From Squalus acanthias (lineage: Eukaryota), in NCBI GenBank assembly GCA_030390025.1, contig CM059441.1, positions 62,310,001 to 62,374,000 of the forward strand: a stretch of DNA of 64,000 bases, written 5' to 3'. The translations under genes and the position numbers were made by a program. A model generated the notes under the pieces. That model did not search any database. It was not told the DNA's origin and saw only the letters and a program-made list of their open reading frames with translations. Every line of letters begins with the position of its first letter. Position 1 is the stretch's first letter. Positions 37,141 through 48,948 of this stretch are shown here, piece after piece.

Positions 37141-39104
37141 AGAAATTAAGAACGTAAGAATTAGGAGCAGGAGTTGGCCATTCGGCCCCTCGTTCCTGCA
37201 CTGCCATTCAATAAGACCATGGCTCATCTTCGACCTCAACTCCAGTTCCCCACCCGATCCCCATATCCCTTGTTTCCCTAGAGTCCAAAAATCTATCTCT
37301 CTCAGCCTTGAATATACTCAATGACTCAGCATCCACAGCCCTTTGGGTTAGAGAATTCCAAAGATTCACAACCCTCTGAATGAACAAATTCCTCCTCATT
37401 TCTGTCTTAAATAGCCGACCCCTTATACTGAGACTATGCCCCCTAGTTCTAGACTCTCCAGCCAGGGGAAACAACCTCTCAGCATCTATCCTGTCAATCC
37501 CCCTCAGAATCTTATATGTTTCAATGAGATCACCTCTCATTCTTCTCAGCTCCAGAGAGTATAGGCCCAATCTACTCAATCTCTCCTCATAAGACAACCC
37601 TCTCATCCCAGGGATCAATCTAGTGAACCTACGCTGCATCACCTCTAAGGCATTTGTGTATGTCCTTTCTCAGATAAGGAGACCAAATTGTGCACAGTAC
37701 TCCAGGTGTGGTCTCACCAAAGCCCTGTACAATTGTACTAAGACTTCCTTACTCTTGTACTCCAACTCCCTTGCAATAAAGGCCAAAATGCCATTTGCCT
37801 TCCTAATTGCTTGCTGGAACTGCATGCTAACTTTCTGTGTTTCCTGTACGACAACACCTAAATCTCTCTGAACACCAACATTTAATAGTTTCTCACCATT
37901 AAAAAAAATTCTGTTTTTCTATTCTTCCTACCAAAGTGAATAACCCAACATTTCCACACATTATACTCCATCTGCCAACTTATTGCCCACTCACTTAAAC
38001 TGTCTATACCCCTTTGCAGGCTCTTTGTGTCCTCCTCACTCTTACTTTCCCACCTAGCTTTGTATCATCAGCAAACTTGGATACATTGCACTTGGTCCCT
38101 TCGTCTAAGTCATTAATATAGATTGTAAATAGCTGAGGCCCAAGCACTGATCCTTGCAGCACACCACCAGTTACAGCCTGCCAACCTGAAAATGACCCAT
38201 TTATCCCTACTCTCTGTTTTCTGTCCTTTCACCAATCCTCTATGCTTACTAATATATTATCTCCAACTGCATGAGCCCTTATCTTGCATAGCAACCTTTT
38301 ATGTGGCACCTTATTGAATGCTTTTTGGAAATTCAAATATACTACATCCACTGGTTCCCATTTATCTACCCTGCTAGTTACATCCTCAAAAAACTCTAAT
38401 AAACTTGTTAAACACAATTTCCCTTTCATAAAACCATGTTGACTCTGCCTAATCATATTATGATTTTCTATGTGCCCTGTTACCACATCCTTAATAATGG
38501 ATTCCAGCATTTTCCCGACGACTGATGTCAGGCTAAGTGGCCTATAATTCCCTGATTTTTCTTTCCCTCCTTTCTTGAATAGCAGGGTTTCATTTTCTAC
38601 TTTCAAATCCGCTGGGACCGTTCTAGAATCTAGGGAATTTTGGAAGATCACAAGCAATGCATCCACTATCTCTGCAACCACCTCTTTTAGAACCCTTGCA
38701 TGTAGGCCATCAGGTCCATGGGATTTGGTGGCTTTCAGTCCCATTAGTTTCTCAAGTACCTTTTCTTAGCTACGTTAAGATCCTCACTCTTATTAGCCCC
38801 TTGGTTCCCCACTATTTTTGGTAAGCTTTTTGTGTTTTCTACTGTGAAGACAGATACAAAATATTTGTTCAAAGTCTCTGCCATTTTCTTATTCCCCATT
38901 ATAATTTCACCTGTCTCACTCACTAAGAGAACAACGCTTACTTTTGCTACTCTCTTCCTTTTTACATACTTGTAGAAGCTCTTGGAGTCTGTTTTTATAT
39001 TTCTTGCTAGTTTACTCGCATATTCTATTTTCTCCCTTTTAATCAAATTTTTGGCCATCCCTTGCTGGTTTCCCAAGCTTTCCCAATCCTCAGGCTTACT
39101 ATTA
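37141..39104 (-). mobile_element. 5'-truncated CR1 (RT region)
   Basis: ORFs 38229-38744 and 37208-37642 with CR1 RT motifs. Confidence 0.9.
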
Positions 39105-39409
39105 CTGGTTGAGCGTCCCGAATCCGGCAACCTCGGGACTGAGGCCGAGCTGGTTTTCATGTTTTTCCGGACTTCGGAACACGTTTCTGATGTCCAAAGT
39201 CTGGAAATATCGCAACCTGGGCTCGGGCATTTCCGGACTTCGGACGTCAGAAACATGTTCCGAGTCCGGAAATGCCTGGGCCCGGCTGGCGGCGGAAACA
39301 GGGTGTCCGGATTCTGGAACATTTTACGGATTCCAGACGACCCTGCCACCAATCGTCCCAGAGTCCGGAGTCCGGATTCCGGAACTCCGGATTTTGGGCT
39401 CTCAACCTG
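39105..39409. mobile_element. Tc1/mariner (Tigger/pogo-like) MITE
   Basis: TIRs C(T/A)GGTTGAG.G.CC..AATCCGG; flanks TA and CA (decayed TA TSD); internally rich in TCCGGA. Confidence 0.7.
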
Positions 39410-39456
39410 CATTCCAAAGACTTGAGCCCCATAAGCCAGGCCGACACTCTCAGTGC

Positions 39457-40642
39457 CAGTACTGAGGGAGTGCTGCCCTGTCGTAGGGGCTGTACTGAGG
39501 GAGCGCTGCCCTGTCGTAGGGGCTGTACTGAGGGAGCGCTGCCCTGTCGTAGGGGCTGTACTGAGGGACTGCTGTCCTGTCATAGGAGCTGTACTGAGGG
39601 AGTGCTGTCCTGTCGTAGGAGCTGTACTGAGGGAGTGCTGCCCTGTCGTAGGAGCTGTACTGAGGGAGTGCTGTCCTGTCGTAGGGGCTGTACTGAGGGA
39701 GTGCTGCACTGTCGGAGGGGCAGTACTGAGGGAGTGCTGCACTGTCGGAGGGGCAGTACTGAGGGAGTGCTGTACTGTCGGAGGGGCAGTACTGAGGGAG
39801 CGCCGCACTATTGGAGGGGCAGTACTGAGGGAGTGCTGCTCTGTCGGAGGGGCAGTACTGAGGGAGTGCTGCACTGTCGGAGGGGCAGTACTGAGGGAGT
39901 GCTGCACTGTCGGAGGGGCAGTACTGAGGGAGCGCCGCACTGTCGGAGGGGCAGTACTGAGGGAGCGCTGCACTGTCGGAGGGGCAGTACTGAGGGAGCG
40001 CCGCACTGTCGGAGGGGCAGTACTGAGGGAGTGCTGCACTGTCGGAGGGGCAGTACTGAGGGAGTGCTGCACTGTCGGAGGGGCAGTACTGAGGGAGTGC
40101 TGCACTGTCGGAGGGGCAGTACTGAGGGAGTGCTGCACTGTCGGAGGGGCAATACTGAGGGAGTGCTGCGCTGTTGGAGGGGCAGTAATGAGTGAACGCT
40201 GCAGTGTTTTAGGGGCAGTACTGGGGGACCACTGCACGGTTGGAGGGGCAGTACTGAGTGCGCGCTGCAGTGTTAGCGAGGCTGTATTAAGGGAGTGCTG
40301 CACTGTCGGAGGGGCAATACTGAGGGAGTGCTGCGCTGTTGGAGGGGCAGTACTGAGGGAATGCTGCACTGTCAGAGGGGCAATACTGAGGGAGTGCTTC
40401 GCTGTTGGAGGGGCAGTAATGAGTGAACGCTGCAGTGTTTTAGGGGCAGAACTGGGGGAGCACTGCAGTTTTGTAGGGGCAGTACTGGGGGAGCACTGCA
40501 CAGTTGGAGGGGCAGTACTGGGGGACCACTGCACGGTTGGAGGGGCAGTACTGAGTGAGCGCTGCAGTGTTGGCGAGGCTGTATTAAGGGAGTGCTGCAC
40601 TGTTGGAGGGGCTGTAGTAAGGGAGTGCTGCACTGTCAGAGG
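39457..40642 (+). repeat. 33-bp SINE-derived minisatellite (~36 units) within a Deu-SINE (39410-40925)
   Basis: Same unit as 12328-13312, with locally clustered variants. Confidence 0.95.
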
Positions 40643-40968
40643 TGCCTTGTTCACATGAGACGTTAAACCGAGGGCTTCATCTGCCCTATCAGATGGATGC
40701 AAAAGGTGCCACGGCCACTATTTCAAAGAAGAGCAGGGGAGTTCTCCCCGATGTCCTATGGCAAATATTTTTCCCTGAAACAAGATCAGTTAAAAAAAAA
40801 CAAATGATCTGGTCATCATCACATTGCTGTTTTTGAGAACTTGCTGTGCGCAAATTTTCTGCCATGTTTCCTCAATTACAACAGTGACTACACTTCAAAA
40901 GTGCTTTGGTACGTCTTGAGGGTGTGAATTATGGGTCTCAAGTCTCTGGAGTTGGACTCGAATCCATC

Positions 40969-42022
40969 GGCTGGAATTTCCCCCCAGAATAACGGGTGGG
41001 TTCGGAGCGTGGGTGCAGTTAAAAATGGGATTCCAGACCTGATCTGGCCTCCATCCGCCCACTTCCGGTTTTGACGGAGGCGGGAAGGGGGTGGGACGGG
41101 CTGCGGGTGACCAATCTGCTCCCAGGGGGTGGTACGTCAATTTAAATATTATAATGAGGCTGGAAGCCTCTTTTTTAACCGCCATTTTGTGTTCAACTGC
41201 TTGTGGATGGGTGAAACCCGGCAGTAAAACCAAGGCGGGGACTGCTGCATCCAGGAAGTAAGCGGCTTTATACCGACCTCCTGAATCCAAGGTCCCTACC
41301 TACCCCACCCAGCACGATCGGAGACCCCCTCACGAGGCCTCTGATCGCCTTCCCAGGCCTCCGATCCCCACCCCCACTGGCGATGCTGAGGCCGGCCCCG
41401 ATCCTCTCTCCCACCCTGCCGAACCCCCTTTCCCCCACCGACTGCCGATCCCTGACACCAGCCCCTCCACCCCGCGATTCCTGCCCTGCATCTGAGGCCT
41501 ACCCGCCGGCTACCGATCCCCAATCCCCCGCCCCCCGTCGACCCCTCGGCCCCCCTCCCGCCAATCCACGATCCCTGACTGCCGCCCGCCCCCTCAATCC
41601 CTGACCATGCCAATCCCCGACAATCCTCCCGCAATCCCCGACCATGCTGATCCCCGACCCCCCATCCCCCCCCACCCGCGATCCCCGATTGCAGACTGCT
41701 GACCCCCCGCTCCCCTCGCGATCCCCGACTACGGACCCCCCCTGCCCCCACCGATTCCCGACTGCAGATTCCCCGACCGCCCCCGGACAATTCTACCCCA
41801 GGACCAACCGCTCGCTCCTTCTCTGCATCTGAGGCCTACCCGCCCGCAGCCAGCCAGTCTCTCAAGCTGGCTGGCTGCGGGCGGGATTCCAAGGCCTCAC
41901 ATGCAAATCAGGCCCTGCCATTAAAGTCGGCAGAGCCTGTGGGAAACCCAGGCCTCCTGGGTGTCCCGCCCACCTCGGAGGTCCCCCGCCCCCAACACGC
42001 CTACCTGGAGAAATTTCCGGCC
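40969..42022. mobile_element. Harbinger-type non-autonomous element with C-rich low-complexity core, inserted in a SINE head
   Basis: TIR GGCTGGAATTTC / GAAATTTCCGGCC, TSD ATC/ATG; the flanks rejoin to the SINE B-box region. Confidence 0.75.
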
Positions 42023-42355
42023 ATGATCTTCTGGCTCAGAAGTGAGAGAGAGAGAGAGAAAGTGCTGCCCACTGATCCATGGCTAACACTAGTGAGACAC
42101 TGGAATAATTTAACCCTCTCAGCCCCGTTCTTTCATCGCCGCTGGTTCAAAATCCTGGAACTCCCTCCCTACCAGCACTGTGGGAGTACCTTCACCACAG
42201 GGACTGCAGCGGTTCAAGAAGGCAGCTCACCACCACCTTCTCGAGGGCAATTAGGGATGGGCAATAAATGCTGGCCTTGCCAGCGACGCCCACATCCCAT
42301 GAACAAATAAAAAAAATTGATGTGAGACTATCTTGTGCTTCCATTTTCTTTGTAG

Positions 42356-42598
42356 GGTACGCAGAGCGCTGTGGTTGTTGACCCCTGGAATACAACCAGT
42401 GACGCAACTAGCGAGGCGAAGAAACCAGCTCCCCAAGATTTCTCTGAAGGTCCGGCGGGAAAAGATGCTGGACATGGACAACCAGATAAGCACGAGGACC
42501 TTCTGTATGCCAACATCAACTTCTTGAAGCTGCCCAGTGGTGACGGGACAGTCCACCGGGGCGAAGTCACGGAATACGCACGGATCAGATTCCAGTGA
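42356..42598 (+). CDS. Siglec-like gene exon 10: cytoplasmic tail with ITIM (LLYANI) and ITSM-like motif (TEYARI), stop TGA
   Basis: Acceptor ttttctttgtag ends at 42355, phase 0. EDLLYANINF and TEYARIRFQ* match the two-tyrosine tail of CD33-related Siglecs. Confidence 0.9.
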   Translation, partial: GTQSAVVVDPWNTTSDATSEAKKPAPQDFSEGPAGKDAGHGQPDKHEDLLYANINFLKLPSGDGTVHRGEVTEYARIRFQ

Positions 42599-42613
42599 AA
42601 CTGAGCACGAAAC

Positions 42614-42702
42614 GGGGTGAGGGGTGAGGGGTGAGGGGTGAGGGGTGAGGGGTGAGGGGGGAGGGGTGAGGGGTGAGGGGTGAGACGTGAGGGTTAGGGT
42701 TC
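42614..42702 (+). repeat. (GGGGTGA)n heptamer repeat, ~10 copies, immediately 3' of the Siglec stop
   Basis: Read directly; ends in GGGTTAGGGTT. Confidence 0.92.
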
Positions 42703-42835
42703 GTAGAGTTTGATATTCCTGGTAACACCAGACAACCTGCTGGGGGAGATATTGGGCACGGGGAAGTGTCAACCGTGGCTCAGTTGGTAGCACTCTCGCT
42801 TCTGAGTCAGGAGGTTGTGGGTTCATATTCCAACA

Positions 42836-45800
42836 ATGTTGTAATCTCTGGTTTGTTGCCGGTGCCACGTGCTAGCGAGTTGAGGAACAGGGAGAGAGTG
42901 CAGATAAACACGTGGCTGCAGGGATGGTGTAGGGGGGAGGGTTTCAGTTATGTGGATAATTGGAGCACATTCTGGGGAAGGTGGGACCTGTACAAACAGG
43001 ACGGTTTGCACCTGAACCAGAGGGGCACCAATATCCTGGGAGGGAAATTTGCTACGGCTCTTCGGGGGGGTTTAAACTAATTTGTCAGGGGGATGGGAAA
43101 AAGGGCTGTAGTCCAGGAGCCAGTGGTGAGTGTAGGGAGGTACTGAAGAGGGTATCAAGGTCGCAGGAATGTACCGGCAGACAGGAAGATGGCTTGAAGT
43201 GTGTCTACTTCAATGCAAGGAGCATCCGGAATAAGGTAGGAGAACTTGGAGCGTGGATTGGTACTTGGGACTACGATGTGGTGGCCATTACGGAGACATG
43301 GTTAGAACAGGGACATGAATGGTTGTTGGAAGTTCCGGGGTATAGATGTTTCAGTAAGAGTAGGGAAGGTGGTAAGAAAGGTGGAGGAGTAGCATTGTTA
43401 ATCAAGGATAGTTTAACAGCGGCAGAAAGGCAGTTCGAGGGGGATCTGCCGTCTGAGGTAATATGGGCTGAAGTTAGAAATAGGAAAGGAGCGGTCACGT
43501 TGTTAGGAGTTTTCTACAGGCCCCCAAAAAGTAATAGAGATGTGGAGGAAGAAATTGCAAAGCAGATTATGAATAGGTGTGGAGGTCACAGAGTAGTTGT
43601 CATGGATGACTTCAACTTTCCAAATATTGATTGGAACCTTTATAGGTCAAACAGTTCGGATGGGATAGTTTTTACACAGTGTGTGCAGGAGGGTTTCCTG
43701 ACACAATATGTGGATAGGCCGACAAGAGGTAGGGCCACGTTGGATTTGGTACTGGGTAATGAACCGGGCCAAGTGTTTGATTTGCATGTGGGAGAGCACT
43801 TTGGAGATAGCGACCACAATTCGGTGACTTTCACTATTGCAATGGAGAGGGATAGGGCCATACGGCAGGGCAGGGTTTATAATTGGGGGAGGGGTAATTA
43901 TGATGTGATTAGGCAAGAATTAGGGAGCATAAGATGGGAACAGAAACTATCAGGGAAAGGCACAAACGAAAAGTGGAGCTTTTTCATGGAGCAATTACTG
44001 CGTGTCCTTGATAGGTATGTCCCTGTCAGGCAGGGAGGAAATGGCCGAGGGAGAGAACCATGGTTCACAAAAGAGGTTGAATGTCTAGTCAAGAGGAAAA
44101 AGGAAGCGTATGTAAGGATGAGAAAACAAGGTTCAGTTGGGTCGATTGAGGGGTACAAGGTAGCAAGGAATGAGCTAAAAACAGAGCTTAGGAGAGCTAG
44201 GAGGGGGCATGAGAAGTCCTTGGCGGGTCGGATCAAGGAAAACCCCAAGGCTTTTTACTCTCATGTGAGAAATAAAAGAATGACCAGGGTGAGGGTTGGG
44301 CCGGTCAAGGACAGTAGTGGGAACTTGTGCATGGAGTCAGAAGAGATAGGAGAGGTGATGAATGAATACTTTTCGTCAGTGTTCACCGAGGAGAGGGGCC
44401 ATGTTTTTGAGGATGAGAGTGTGATAAAGGTGGATAGGCTGGAGGAGGTAGATGTTCTGAGGGAAGATGTTTTAGCAATTTTGAAGAACCTGAGGGTCGA
44501 TAAGTCCCCTGGGCCAGATGGGATATATCCTAGGATTCTTTGGGAGGCAAGGGAGGAGATTGCAGAGCCTTTGGCTTTGATCTTTGGGTCCTCACTGTCC
44601 ACGGGGATGGTGCCAGAGGACTGGAGAGTGGCGAATGTTGTTCCTCTCTTCAAGAAAGGAAATAGGAATGACCCTGGTAATTATAGGCCGGTTAGTCTTA
44701 CTTCGGTGGTTGGTAAGATAATGGAAAAGGTCCTGAGGGATAGGATTTATGACCATTTGGAAAGAGGCAACTTAATCAGGGATAGTCAACACGGATTCGT
44801 GAAGGGTAAGTCTTGCCTAACAAATTTGATTGAATTCTTTGAGGAGGTAACTAAGTGTGTAGATGAAGGTAGAGCAGTTGATGTCGTATACATGGATTTT
44901 AGTAAGGTGTTTGATAAGGTTCCCCATGGTCGGCTCATGAAGAAAGTAAGGAGTTGTGGGATAGAGGAAAATTTGGCCGATTGGATAAGTAACTGGCTAT
45001 CTCATAGAAGGCAGAGGGTGGTGGTGGATGGAAAATTTTCGGACTGGAGACCAGTTACCAGCGGTGTGCCACAGGGGTAGGTGCTGGGTCCTCTGCTGTT
45101 TGTGATTTTTATCAATGACTTGGAGGAGGGGACTGAAGGGTGGATCAGTAAATTTGCTGATGACACCAAGATTGGTGGAGTAGTGGATGAGGTGGAGGGC
45201 TGTTGTAGGCTGCAAAGAGACATTGATAGGATGCAGAGCTGGGCCGAAAAATGGCAGATGGAATTTAACCCTGATAAGTGCGAGGTGATTCATTTTGGTA
45301 GGGCAAATTTGAATAAGGATTACAGGGTCAACGGCAGGGTTCTGAGGAACGTGGAGGAGCAGAGGGATCTGGGGGTTCATATCCACAGATCTCTGAAGGT
45401 TGCCACTCAAGTGGATAGAGCAGTAAAGAAGGCCTATGGTGTGTTGGCGTTTATTAACAGGGGGTTTGAGTTTAAGAACCGTGAGGTTATGCTGCAACTG
45501 TACAGGACCTTGGTGAGACCACATTTGGAATATTGTGTGCAGTTCTGGTCACCTCACTATAGGAAGGACGTGGAAGCATTGGAAAGAGTGCAAAGGAGAT
45601 TTACCAGGATGCTGCCTGGTTTGCGGGGGAGGTCTGATGAGGAAAGATTGAGGGAGTTAGGGCTTTTCTCTTTAGAGCGGAGGAGGATGAGAGGCGACTT
45701 AATAGAGGTTTATAAGATGATGAGGGGGATAGATAGAGTGGATGTTCAGAGACTATTTCCTCGGGTGGAGGTAGCTGTTACAAGGGGGCATAACTATAAG

Positions 45801-46046
45801 GTGCATGGGGGGAGATATAGAAGGGATGTCCGAGGTAGATTCTTTACTCAGAGAGTGGTTGGGGTGTGGAATGGACTGCCTGCTGTGATAGTGGAGTCGG
45901 ACACTTTAGGAACTTTCAAGCGGTTATTGGATAAGCACATGGAGCACACCAGAATGATAGGGAGTGGGATAGCTTGATCTTGGTTTCGGACAATGCTCGG
46001 CACAACATCGAGGGCCGAAGGGCCTGTACTATGCTGTACTGTTCTA
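42836..46046 (+). mobile_element. Young 5'-truncated CR1 (ORF1 C-terminus plus ORF2 with one nonsense codon), inserted in a Deu-SINE (head 42773-42826, body 46056-46430)
   Basis: ORF2 open to 45977 except TAG at 45078-45080 (GVPQG*VLGP); tail ctatgctgtactgttcta followed by an A run. Confidence 0.94.
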
Positions 46047-47299
46047 AAAAAAAACTCCAGAGACTTGAACACGTAATCCAGGCTAATATTCCACTGCAGT
46101 ACTGAGGGAGTGCTGCACTGTCAGAGGTGGCGTCTTTAGGATGAGATGTTAAACGAAAGCCCAGTCTGCCCTCTCAGTTGGACAGAAAATATCCAATGGC
46201 AGTATTTTGAAGAAGAGCAGGGGAGTTAGCCGCAGTGTCCTGTCCAATATTTATCCCTCAAACAACATCACAAAAACACATTATCTGGTCATTATCACAT
46301 TGCTGTTTGTGGGAGCTTGATGTGTGCAAATTGGCTGCCGGGTTTCCTACATTACAACAGTGACTTCATTGGCTGTAAAGCGCCTTGGGACCTCCTGAGG
46401 TTGTGAACAGCGCTGTATAAATGCAAGTCTTTCTTTTTCTTGACTGAAAGCTTTTGTACTTGGCGTGATTGGGATGAAATGCTTGACCACGGACAACTTG
46501 ATGCTGACCCATTGGGACAAGAGATTAGAAGATACGCCTCTCTCTGCACAAACACTTCTCAGGGAATTCTATAACACAGGAGGAGGCCATTTGGCCCATC
46601 AAGCCTGGAAGAGCTGTCCCCTTAATTCAGTTCCCCCACCCTTTCCCCCATTTGCCCATCGCCCCCGTGCTAGCTCTCTGAAAGAAATCTCCCCGTAGTC
46701 CCAATCCCGTGCCCTATCCCCATACTTTTAAAAAAGTTTCCTATTTCAAATATTTCTCCACTTCCCTTTTTAAATCTATTCTGGATTCTGCTTCCCCCAG
46801 TGTTCCTGGCCGGACATTCCATGACTCAACAAAAGACAGTCTCTCTGAACATCTGGACAGTGTGCATTCCACAAAGGGAAGAACAGCTGAGAGAGGCCAT
46901 TCGACCCATCGAGCTAAACATTCCACATAACCCCGGGACTCTCCGTCACACCATCCCTCCGCCTCGTGCACGAGGCCAAGGTTTTTGACCCCACTCCCCG
47001 ACCTGGATCCAATCCCAGGTTTCGATCGCTCTCCGTGAATTACTTCAGTCCTGAACTCCACGTTTTCCTTCGCCCCACCATTGATGGCCGTGCCTTCAGG
47101 TGCCTAGGTCCTGTGTTCAGGAATTCCCTCCCTAAACCACTCCACCACTCTCTCCCCTCCTTTAAGACGCTCCTTAAAACCTAACTCTTTGACCAAGCTT
47201 TTGGTCACCTGTCCGGACATCTCCTTCCGTGCTCGGTGTCAATTTTTTTCTGGTTGTGCTCCTGAAAAGTGCCTTGGGACATTTTACTACATTTTTAAA

Positions 47300-48948
47300 A
47301 ATTTGTTTTATGGGATGTGGGCGTCGCTGGCAAGGCCAGCATTTACTGCCCATCCCTAGTTGCCCTTGAGAAGGTGGTGGTGAGCCGCCTTCTTGAACCG
47401 CTACAGTCCGTGTGGTGAAGGTACTCCCACAGTGCTGTTAGGGAGGGAGTTCCAGGATTTTGACCCAGCGACGATGAAGGATCGGCCGATATACTTCTAA
47501 GTCAGGATGCTGTCTGACTTGGAGGGGAACTTGGAGGTGGTGGTGTTCCCATGTGCCTGCTGCCCTTGTCCTTCTAGGTGGAAGATGTCGCGGGTTTGGG
47601 AGGTGCTGCCGAAGTAGCCTTGGCGAGTTGCTGCTGTGCATCTTGTAGATGGTGCACACTGCAGCCACAGTACGTCAGTGGTGAATGTTTAAGGTGGTGG
47701 ATGGGGTGCCAATCAAGTGAGCTGCTTTGTCCTGGATGGTGTTGAGCTTCTTGAGTGTTGTTGGAGCTGCATTCATCCAGGAAAGTGGAGAGTTTTCCAT
47801 CACACTCCTGACTTGTGCCTTGTAGATGGTGGAAAGGCTTTGGGGAGTCAGGAGGTGAGACACTCGCCACAGAATAACCAGCCTCTGACCTGCTCGTGTT
47901 GCCACAGTATTTATGTGGCTGATCCAGTTCAGTTTCTCGTCAGTGGTGACCCCCAGAATGTTGATGGTGGGGGATTCAGCGATGGTAATACCATTGAATG
48001 TCAAGGGGAGGTGGTTAGACTCTCACTTGTTGGAGATAGTCATTGCCTGGCACTTCTGTGGCGTGACTGTTACCTGCCACTTATCAGCCCAAGCCTGAAT
48101 GTCGTCCAGGTCTTGTTGCATTTGGGCATGGACTGCTTCATCATCTGTGGAGCTGTGAATTGCGCTGAACACTGTGCAGTCATCAGCAAACATCCCCATT
48201 TCTGACCTTATGTTGGAGGGAAGGTCATTGATGAAGCAGCTGAAGATGGTTGGGCCTAGGACAGTGCCCTGAGGAACTCCTGCAGCGATGTCCTGGGGCT
48301 GTGATGATTGACCTTCAACCACCACAACCATCTTCCTTTGTGCTAGGTATGACTCCAGCCAGTGGAGAGTTTTCCCCCCAGTTCTCATTGACTTCAGTTT
48401 TACTAGGGCTGCTTGATGCCACACTTGCTCAACTGCTGCCTTGATGTCAAGGGCAGTCACTCTCACCTCACCTCTGGAATTCAGCTCCTTTGTCCATGTT
48501 TGGACCAAGGCTGCAATGAGGTCGGGAGCTGAGTGGTCTTGGCGGAACCCAAACTGGGCATCAGTGAGCAGATTATTGGTGAGTAAGTGCCACTTGATAG
48601 CACTTTCGATGACACCTTCCATCACTTTGCTGATGATTGAGATTAGACTGATGGGGTGGTAATTGGCTGGGTTGGATTTGTCCTGCTTTTTTGGACAGGA
48701 CATACCTGGGCAGTTTTCCACATTGTCGGATAGATGCCAGTGTTGTTGCTGTACCGGAACAGCTTGACTAGAGGCATGGCTAGTTCTGGAGCACAAGTCT
48801 TCAGCACGATAGCTGGGATGTTTTCGGGACCCATAGCCTATGCTGTATCCAGTGCACTCAGCCGTTTCTTGATATCACGTAGAGTGAATTGAATTGGCTG
48901 AAGACTGGCTTCTGTGATGGTGGGGACCTCAGGAGGAGGCCGATATGG
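47300..48948 (-). mobile_element. LINE (CR1/L2 group, second family), RT and 3' end
   Basis: QFGFRQ, ALDIKAA, GVPQGTVLGP and FADD. Confidence 0.88.

Noticed and set aside
38744-40702. 652-aa, 401-aa and 307-aa repetitive ORFs (mucin-like STAPPTVQHSL, Cys-rich RECCTVGGAVL); similar ORFs at 12253-13363
   Set aside because: Artefacts of a stop-free 33-bp (11-codon) minisatellite fused to MITE and CR1 sequence; they lie in introns and are open in several frames.
13829-42598. Assigning the symbol MAG, CD22 or CD33
   Set aside because: Features are mixed and orthology cannot be settled without phylogeny and synteny.
42690-42702. Interstitial telomere
   Set aside because: Only one TTAGGG unit; the array is GGGGTGA.
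42773-42826. tRNA-like sequences (also 11790-11853, 37068-37135, 61072-61140)
   Set aside because: A/B-box heads of SINEs; they do not form complete cloverleafs and continue into SINE bodies.
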